Positions 51,990-58,405 of a stretch of DNA of 61,688 nucleotides are shown in pieces. Every line of letters starts with the position of its first letter. Position 1 is the first letter of the stretch. The stretch lies in assembly GCA_016185525.1 (NCBI GenBank), contig JACPNK010000003.1, positions 1-61,688 on the forward strand, in the 5' to 3' direction. The notes under the pieces were generated by a model. The model was not told the DNA's origin, did no database searches, and was given only the letters and a program-made list of their open reading frames with translations. This stretch comes from Candidatus Yanofskybacteria bacterium. GTDB taxonomy: Bacteria; Patescibacteriota; Minisyncoccia; 2-02-FULL-40-12; IGHO2-12-FULL-4. A program made the translations under genes and the position numbers.

Positions 51990-53216
51990 TTATTTAACCA
52001 GCTGTAGATAATCACCATGCACCCAAGCATCTTTGCTCTGGTATTTAATCTTATGCCACAAACCTGACTGACTTAAACTTTCTATAATGCTCCCTGCCGG
52101 CAACTTGCCCAAAAGCGCGCTTGAAGTGGCGGCTAATGCCCTCACATTAAGCTGGTCTGTGTCAAAAACTTTATACTTCTTCAATGCGGAGACCGGAGCA
52201 GGAGTTGAAGATACGACATTTTTTCTTGAGTAATCCGGTATTTGATTTACGGAAGTGTAGTCAGAACCTTTCGGATACCAGTTAAATTCATTGGTGTTGA
52301 TACAGAAGACTTTTTTGAAGAAATTGGGATCGTCAGCAACAGCTTGCTCACCGGAGGTATTTACCCAGTGAAGTTTGCCGGTATCTTCGCCTGTCGTTTC
52401 CACGCCGTAGACTTTTTTGTCATTGGTCTCGCAGTTTCTGAAAAGACCGGAAGTTACAAAGACATCTCTGGTTACAGATGTGGTGCCCTTCACTTTAGAA
52501 AATCCTCCAAGATGACCGTAAAATCCGAATATGGCGGGGTTTAAAAATAATCTTTTATAACCGTGTGGATTAACTATGTAAACATCGGGGTCGCTTGAAC
52601 CGGCAGCACTAATAACGTCACCGTCTTTCAAACTTACATTGGCTAAGCTGACAAACCCTCGCGAGGCCGGTGTTGCTTGTCCCGAGCTTGTCGAGGGGGC
52701 CGGGGTTGGAGTTGCTTGCGGTGAGCTTGTCGAAACCGGTGTGGGAGTTGGTGTTTTCGCAGGCGTGGTTGTCCCACCGCCACCACTGCTAGGAGGACTA
52801 GTGGTGGTAGTGGTGGCAGAAGAACCAGCAATGGAACCGGTGCTTTCGCAAGAAGTTGACCTGGGAGTAACTATGATAGTTTTGGTAGCGTCAGCGTTAA
52901 TAGTAAGCCGTGACGCAGTAGCTCCACAAACAAAGCCGTAACCGCTGTCGTTGTCCAGATATAATTTACTTGCCGATGAAAGAACTATTTTTTGGCCGGA
53001 AATAACGCTTATAGTAATTGTGGTATTCGTAGTTGTTACCTCGTTTACTATGGAATTGGCTTCTATGGTAATATCACCGACACCCAAGTTTACAGTGGTG
53101 TCTTCAGAAAAAGTAACGGTTGTCGCTTTTGCTTCGTTGATTCCGACCAATAACAGTCCCGCCGCTAAAATGGTAACGAGTAAGGAGAGAAAGAAATTAG
53201 TCTTTAATAATTTCAT
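51990..53216 (-). CDS. Secreted protein: N-terminal beta-rich region, PT linker, shared surface domain, C-terminal SH3b domain
   Basis: Signal peptide, TPAKTPTPTPVSTSSPQATPTPAPS linker, the shared domain (DGDVISAAGSSDPDVYIVNPHGYKRLFLNPAIFGFY) and a C-terminal LNVRALAATSS...GLWHKIKY...AWVHGDYL SH3_3-like motif. Confidence 0.7.
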   Translation of the reverse strand: MKLLKTNFFLSLLVTILAAGLLLVGINEAKATTVTFSEDTTVNLGVGDITIEANSIVNEVTTTNTTITISVISGQKIVLSSASKLYLDNDSGYGFVCGATASRLTINADATKTIIVTPRSTSCESTGSIAGSSATTTTTSPPSSGGGGTTTPAKTPTPTPVSTSSPQATPTPAPSTSSGQATPASRGFVSLANVSLKDGDVISAAGSSDPDVYIVNPHGYKRLFLNPAIFGFYGHLGGFSKVKGTTSVTRDVFVTSGLFRNCETNDKKVYGVETTGEDTGKLHWVNTSGEQAVADDPNFFKKVFCINTNEFNWYPKGSDYTSVNQIPDYSRKNVVSSTPAPVSALKKYKVFDTDQLNVRALAATSSALLGKLPAGSIIESLSQSGLWHKIKYQSKDAWVHGDYLQLVK

Positions 53217-53245
53217 TATGAATAGGTAGTTAAAAATTTTTATTT

Positions 53246-53587
53246 TTATTGTATGCTCTGAATCGTTTTGACAACTTGGGAATCAGGTCTCATATTTTCC
53301 CAGAATAAGACTTGCTTTTTACTTATTGTCATCTGGTCTTTGGGTCCATGCGGCTCTATCGCCCCCAACTTAACTAGTTGGCCGGCGCCGTTGTCATCTA
53401 TCTTGACATAGTAAACATCAGATAAAATCAAGTAATCCTGATTGGCATTTTTTAAGCGTCCGAGTCGGTCAAAAGAGATGACCCAATAGCGCCGGCAAGA
53501 AATCCGATTATAACCAGACCAACTATAACAATAGGAAAGTTCTTGCTCCGAGTCATGGGCGTCATTCTCTAAATTAATTAATGGCAT
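53246..53587 (-). CDS. Hypothetical protein (113 aa)
   Basis: The ORF overlaps the upstream gene end by 10 nt (coupled arrangement). No recognisable motif. Confidence 0.45.
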   Translation of the reverse strand: MPLINLENDAHDSEQELSYCYSWSGYNRISCRRYWVISFDRLGRLKNANQDYLILSDVYYVKIDDNGAGQLVKLGAIEPHGPKDQMTISKKQVLFWENMRPDSQVVKTIQSIQ

Positions 53588-54534
53588 CGAACGGTGCTAA
53601 GAGTCGGTGTAGCGACACCCTGGTAAAAGCGCATATAAATCCATGCCCCTGTCGTAGATTTAAGTTGGAAACAAGTGCCCGTGGTCGCGGAATCATTGCC
53701 GCCGAAGTAAAAACTGGCTGTGCCCGTGCCGGGACCGACAAACCGCGCGGTATAACCTGCCCCGCCGGAAGCGGAAGCAGTAGTGGTGCCGACAGTTAGT
53801 TGGCTGGTTAATATCAAATCGCCGACAAACGAATGGGAAGCGGCCGTATCAAGTATAAATCTGCCCGATGCTTGAAGATTACCGGCAATAGAAGCCTTGC
53901 CGTCAACCTCTAAAGCCCCTGATATAAGAAGGTCGTTGGCAGAATCAAGTTCTCCGGTAGTACCAGTTGTATTGGTTCCAAATCTTGAATAAGCAACCGA
54001 GGCGCCGCCCGCAACTTGAATAGAATTCGAGGTCAGAAAGTAACCAGCAGAAGCCGTACTCCCAACCTCAAGACCTCTGTCAAATTGAGCCGAAGCATCA
54101 ACCTCCAGACGGCCTGTTATTAAGAGGTCGTTGGAGCTGCTTCTTAGAAAACTGTTGGAAGTAGTGTTGGTTCCAATCCTGTTATAGGCGGCAGAAGCCA
54201 CTCCACCGATTTGAATGGTATTTGCGGTCATTAAGTACGATGCCGAAGCGGTACCTTGAACCTCAAATACGGTAGACGGCGCGCCGCGAACACCTATTCT
54301 AGAGTTTGTGCTGTCGCCAAAAAAGTAGCTGGTGCCGGCGGCGTTTTGAAATTGGACGGATGTGGCAGAGTTAGAAGCGGGATTTACAAGAAAAGTGCCG
54401 GTTGTACTTAAATTAGTTCCGATCGTGCTGGCCGCATTTGCGGCGAGAGCAAAGACAAAAACAAAAGAAAAGACTACAAAAACTGTAGCCATTGTGTAGA
54501 CAATCGACCCCAAGAGACCTTTAGGTTTATTCAT
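53578..54534 (-). CDS. Secreted repeat protein (two ~65-aa internal repeats)
   Basis: N-terminal TM/signal. Tandem repeats VQGTASASYLMTANTIQIGGVASAAYNRIGTNTT...NDLLITGRLEVD and VGSTASAGYFLTSNSIQVAGGASVAYSRFGTNTT...NDLLISGALEVD. Confidence 0.6.
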   Translation of the reverse strand: MNKPKGLLGSIVYTMATVFVVFSFVFVFALAANAASTIGTNLSTTGTFLVNPASNSATSVQFQNAAGTSYFFGDSTNSRIGVRGAPSTVFEVQGTASASYLMTANTIQIGGVASAAYNRIGTNTTSNSFLRSSSNDLLITGRLEVDASAQFDRGLEVGSTASAGYFLTSNSIQVAGGASVAYSRFGTNTTGTTGELDSANDLLISGALEVDGKASIAGNLQASGRFILDTAASHSFVGDLILTSQLTVGTTTASASGGAGYTARFVGPGTGTASFYFGGNDSATTGTCFQLKSTTGAWIYMRFYQGVATPTLSTVRCH

Positions 54535-54610
54535 GTTACTTTTTATTTTTCCAACATTCCGGCCATTTTTTAGTAAGGACCGAAATCTTGAATATCAACA
54601 ATTAACTCTA

Positions 54611-54640
54611 ATTATAAAATAGCTTCTATGGGTAGCGCAA
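54611..54640 (-). promoter_or_regulatory. Putative promoter
   Basis: On the minus strand: TTGCGC (54640-54635), 18-nt spacer, TATAAT (54616-54611), upstream of the gene starting at 54534. Confidence 0.35.
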
Positions 54641-54660
54641 GAGCCAATTTGTGGATAACT

Positions 54661-54703
54661 TAAGTGTTTGTCCAAAAGTGTAACGATTGGTTACAAACAC
54701 TTA
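54661..54703 (-). other. 11-bp perfect hairpin immediately after a stop codon
   Basis: TAAGTGTTTGT (54661-54671) pairs with ACAAACACTTA (54693-54703) across a 21-nt loop. No U-tract, so either a non-canonical terminator or an mRNA-stability element. Confidence 0.5.
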
Positions 54704-56527
54704 CTACTTAGATAATGTTTGGACTTCAGAAATCTCTAACATTTTCTGAATCTCCGGCGCTGTGTTTCCCAGCTCCATCGCCCTTTTCAGATAAAACACG
54801 GCCGTTTTGTAGTCGCCTTTGATAAAATAAGCCGTGCCGGCCAAAGCGCTTATGTCGGGATTATTTAAATCGTCACCGAGATAATAAGCCACGGTATTGA
54901 TAGCTTCTTCCGGCTTATTAAGAGCTATCTGGGTATAGGCGTACCTGACCACATATTCGGTAACGGGGTAAAATTCTATTACTTTTTTAAACATAGCTCC
55001 CGCCTCTTCCAATCGGTTTTGTTTAGCGTAAAGTTCCGCTAAATTTATCTGCGCATTGACAGCATCGGGATTAAGCTCCAGCGACCTTAAATATTTTTCT
55101 TCGGCCAGCTTCTGATTGCCTTCATGGTCGGCAATTATGCCCCAGAGATTTTGAACACGAGAGTTGTCTTCATAAATACCCAGAGCAATGTTGAGCTGTT
55201 CTTTGGCTTCATCCCACTCATCATACTTTACATGCACCGCCGCCATAGCCATTCTGGCGATTAAACTGTTGGGCGCTTCTTTGAGCGTCGCCGTAAACAA
55301 AGTCCTTGCGTCGTACCAGTCCCTGTTGCGTATTACGGTTCTGGCGCTGAAAAATACTATTATCAAAGCCAAAAAAACATATACAACCTTTTTGCTGATT
55401 TTTTCAGATAACTTAAGCAACAGATAAGAAAAAAGGAGAAGAAAGCCAAAGGAAGGAAAATACATCAGACGCTCGCCCATTATCGTGCCGACCGGTTTAA
55501 TCAAGTTGGAAATTATCAAGTAAGGCGCCAAAAAGACAAGGGCCCCGAATGCGCCAAGCGGCTGGCGTATTCGTTTGGAAATCAAAAGCCACAACAAAAA
55601 GACAAAAAAACCGGCGCCAATCAGAAAAGTCGGGTCGGTAAAACTGCTGACCGGCGAGATGGCGCTGTATGAGTAATCCGCCGAAAGGCGGACCGGCCAG
55701 ACAAGCCGCTCAAGATACATATAAAGCACTTTGAAAGCCGTAAGAATTCTCTCTTTAAGCGGCAGAAATTTTAAATGGTTTCCGACAATAGTCGTGGAGA
55801 CATCGCCGAAAAAATAAGCGCCTAGGGCTTTATAACGCAATAAGGCATAAATAAAAATTGCCGGCGCAAAAACAAAAGTTCTTTTTATAGCCGGAAAAAA
55901 CCTGTTCCTTAACAACGCCCAGTCAATATAAAAAATAATCGGCAAAACCATCAAGGCAACCTCTTTGCTAAGCAAAGCAAAAAGAAAGGCGACAGAGCTT
56001 AGTAGTGAGTCTTTTTTAGTAAAGAAGTAAATAGCGGCTAGAGACCAGAAAAACGCCAGAAGCTCGGCCCGTCCGACAAGTGAAGTAACCGCTTCGGTAT
56101 GGATCGGATGAACCAAAAACAAAAGAAAGGTCGCATATGACAAAAACCTGTTTTTAAACAAGCGGTTAACCAGCCAAAAAAGAAGAAAAGAGTTAAAAGC
56201 ATGGATGATTATATTCACCACGCGAAAACCGGCCGCCTCCTGAAAACTCGTGGCGGAAACGGGAAGAATCGCGTCATTTATAAAATGATTAACGGCGTAA
56301 GAAGCCATTGTAAATGGCCGGAAGAGGCCTAGTTTTGCCAAAAGGTGGTAAGGAGAAACAAACAAATTAAAGAAGTTGGATGAATCTTTCAGGTCGCCCC
56401 TATTTTGAATAACCGCCACGTCATCAAAAGTGAAATCGTTAAAAATGCCGTTGCCGAAAACCAAGAAAGACAAAACAAGAGCGACCACAAACACAAAAAT
56501 CAGCTCGTTGTTTCTAACAAAATTCAT
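54704..56527 (-). CDS. TMTC-like GT-C membrane glycosyltransferase with C-terminal TPR repeats
   Basis: FTFDDVAVIQN, FRPFTMASYAVNHF, HAFNSFLLFWLV and HPIHTEAVTSLVGRAELLA, followed by a TPR block. The ATG at 56527 is preferred over the TTG at 56536. Confidence 0.7.
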   Translation of the reverse strand: MNFVRNNELIFVFVVALVLSFLVFGNGIFNDFTFDDVAVIQNRGDLKDSSNFFNLFVSPYHLLAKLGLFRPFTMASYAVNHFINDAILPVSATSFQEAAGFRVVNIIIHAFNSFLLFWLVNRLFKNRFLSYATFLLFLVHPIHTEAVTSLVGRAELLAFFWSLAAIYFFTKKDSLLSSVAFLFALLSKEVALMVLPIIFYIDWALLRNRFFPAIKRTFVFAPAIFIYALLRYKALGAYFFGDVSTTIVGNHLKFLPLKERILTAFKVLYMYLERLVWPVRLSADYSYSAISPVSSFTDPTFLIGAGFFVFLLWLLISKRIRQPLGAFGALVFLAPYLIISNLIKPVGTIMGERLMYFPSFGFLLLFSYLLLKLSEKISKKVVYVFLALIIVFFSARTVIRNRDWYDARTLFTATLKEAPNSLIARMAMAAVHVKYDEWDEAKEQLNIALGIYEDNSRVQNLWGIIADHEGNQKLAEEKYLRSLELNPDAVNAQINLAELYAKQNRLEEAGAMFKKVIEFYPVTEYVVRYAYTQIALNKPEEAINTVAYYLGDDLNNPDISALAGTAYFIKGDYKTAVFYLKRAMELGNTAPEIQKMLEISEVQTLSK

Positions 56528-56540
56528 AAAAAACAACTTG

Positions 56541-56563
56541 ATTAGGTTAATTAGTATAATTAG
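56541..56563. repeat. ATTAG pentamer x3 at 9-bp spacing in an intergenic region
   Basis: ATTAG at 56541, 56550 and 56559. The 12-mer ATTAGGTTAATT is identical to the one at 40020-40031. Confidence 0.75.
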
Positions 56564-56572
56564 AATAATTTT

Positions 56573-58405
56573 TTATTCGACGGTTAACTGTTGAATAAGC
56601 TGTTGTATCAACCTTCCTGTCTCAAGATCAACACTGGAATATTTCAACCCTTCTTTTAAATCGGCAATCGCTTTTTCTTTGTTATTTAAAGCGAGGTAAA
56701 CAAGCGCGGAGTTGTAATAGACACGAGGATTGCCAGGAAGAAGCATTTTTAATTTTTCCATATTCGCCGCCGCTTGAACTAAATCGCCCTGTTGGGCGTA
56801 GATAACCGCCAAATCTTGATATGGATAGAAAAAGCTAGGGTCAATTTCTATGGCCTTGTTAAACTCGGCAATCGCGCCCTTAATATCGCCTCGCGACCGT
56901 AGTATGCTTCCGATGTTAAAATGTGGCTGGGCAAAAATATCACCGGCTTCAACCGCTTTTCTGTAATAAACTTCGGCTTGTTCTTTATCGCCCTGGTTGA
57001 AATACTGATTGCCCAGATTGTTATTTATTCTGGCATTGTCCGGTTCATATTCTAAAATATTTTTGTAAAACTCAACCGGTTTGCCCCAAACAATATTGCG
57101 CTGAATGGATTGGTAGGCAAAAAAGGAGAAATAGGCAATGAGACCAATGACAAATGACAAATGACAAATGACAAATTTTTTACTTCTAAAATACTCAAAA
57201 AGTTTGACCAGATAGAAAGAAACTATCAGCCAGAAACCGACCATCGGCAGATAAAGCCAGTGTTCGTACATTAAAGCGTTAATCGGCGTAATTCCGGAGA
57301 CTGGAGCAAGGGCAACGAAGAACCAAAGCGCTCCCAAAAGCCAAATCCTGACATCGGATGCCGGAACGACATCCGATGTCCTTAAATTCTTATAAAACCT
57401 GTATGCCAAACGCCAAACGCCAAACGCCAACAACAATGCTATCAGCCACACCGGCCATTGAAATAACGAAGTGTATATCTTAACGCTTCGCTCCATGTGA
57501 AGCCCGACGGGAGCAACAAGGAGTTTTAAGTATTCCCAAAGTATCGGCAGAAAGGTAAAGATCCTAACATGCAAATTTTCAGAATAAACATTTTGCTGGG
57601 AATAAAAATTAAGCGTGTTCTGAAAATTTAAAACCGTGAGCCGTAAAATACCGTAAACGATAACCACCGCAAAATACGGCCATGTTTTTAAAAGTCCTTG
57701 TTTTAATGATTTTATTAAGGTCCGACCAACTGTTGGACGTTGAACGTCCCACAGTTGGATATAGAAAAAAACGAGAGCCAGAAATGGGAAAACTATAGCC
57801 GTTTCACGGCTTAAAAGGCTTAAAACCAAAGAGCCTATAATTAGTAGACGGTAACCAAAAGACGACGTTTTGACATCGGATGTCCGCTGGACATCCGATG
57901 TCGTTAATTCTGACTTGCAGAAAAACAATAAACCTAAGAGCATAAACATCGCCGCCAAAGCATCCCCCCTTCCGGAAATGTATGTTATCGCTTCGGTTTG
58001 CAGAGGGTGGATTAAGAAAAACAAAGCAGTCAAAAAAGCAAACGGGTCTTTTTTGAAAGCCCGCCTTATAAGCCAAAAAACGAGAACAGAGTTAAATATA
58101 TGTATCGCATTGCTGGTCAAGTGGTAAAGCAACGGTTTCACTCCGGATATAATATAGTTGAGAGTAAATGTAAAAAACAGGAACGGCCGGTAGTAGTTGC
58201 TCTTCAGCCCTATCCCCGCCAGAACGTCGTGAGTAAACCAAAATTTGACATTATCCCAGCTCACCGAATGAACAAAACTATTATTGATTATCCAGTCGTC
58301 GTCGTCCCAAAATAACCCGTTGTTTATGTTGAACGAGTACACAAAACCGCCGGCAATAATCAGAGCAATCACCGCAAGTCCTGTTTTATTTTTCAGTAAA
58401 TTCAT
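56573..58405 (-). CDS. TMTC-like GT-C membrane glycosyltransferase with C-terminal TPR repeats (paralog)
   Basis: LFWDDDDWIINN, YYRPFLFFTFTLNY, HIFNSVLVFWLI and HPLQTEAITYISGRGDALA, followed by a TPR block. Contains four in-frame repeat elements. Confidence 0.7.
   Translation of the reverse strand: MNLLKNKTGLAVIALIIAGGFVYSFNINNGLFWDDDDWIINNSFVHSVSWDNVKFWFTHDVLAGIGLKSNYYRPFLFFTFTLNYIISGVKPLLYHLTSNAIHIFNSVLVFWLIRRAFKKDPFAFLTALFFLIHPLQTEAITYISGRGDALAAMFMLLGLLFFCKSELTTSDVQRTSDVKTSSFGYRLLIIGSLVLSLLSRETAIVFPFLALVFFYIQLWDVQRPTVGRTLIKSLKQGLLKTWPYFAVVIVYGILRLTVLNFQNTLNFYSQQNVYSENLHVRIFTFLPILWEYLKLLVAPVGLHMERSVKIYTSLFQWPVWLIALLLAFGVWRLAYRFYKNLRTSDVVPASDVRIWLLGALWFFVALAPVSGITPINALMYEHWLYLPMVGFWLIVSFYLVKLFEYFRSKKFVICHLSFVIGLIAYFSFFAYQSIQRNIVWGKPVEFYKNILEYEPDNARINNNLGNQYFNQGDKEQAEVYYRKAVEAGDIFAQPHFNIGSILRSRGDIKGAIAEFNKAIEIDPSFFYPYQDLAVIYAQQGDLVQAAANMEKLKMLLPGNPRVYYNSALVYLALNNKEKAIADLKEGLKYSSVDLETGRLIQQLIQQLTVE
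57146..57176. repeat. (AATGACA)x4 heptanucleotide tract in CDS
   Basis: Four perfect units at 57146-57173 plus a partial unit. Encodes FVICHLSFVIG within a TM segment. Confidence 0.9.
57350..57380. repeat. GACATC-palindrome element, variant copy
   Basis: GACATCGGATG-CCGGAAC-GACATCCGATGTC. Encodes RTSDVVPASDV in frame. Confidence 0.85.
57405..57431. repeat. (GCCAAAC)x3 heptanucleotide tract in CDS
   Basis: Three perfect units at 57405-57425 plus GCCAAC. Encodes part of LLLAFGVWRLAY. Confidence 0.9.
57871..57909. repeat. GACATC-palindrome element, copy 1 (39-nt identity with copy 2)
   Basis: TGACATCGGATGTCC-GCT-GGACATCCGATGTCGTTAATT, a 14-bp stem with a 3-nt loop (57872-57902). Each arm is itself a GACATC-N-GATGTC palindrome. 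Encodes TTSDVQRTSDV. Confidence 0.9.

Noticed and set aside
52639-52941. Gly/Val-rich ORFs on the plus strand (52639..52941, 47793..48011, 49707..50012).
   Set aside because: They are the reverse-complement reading of Pro/Thr-linker coding DNA in well-supported minus-strand genes. This is a codon-composition artefact.
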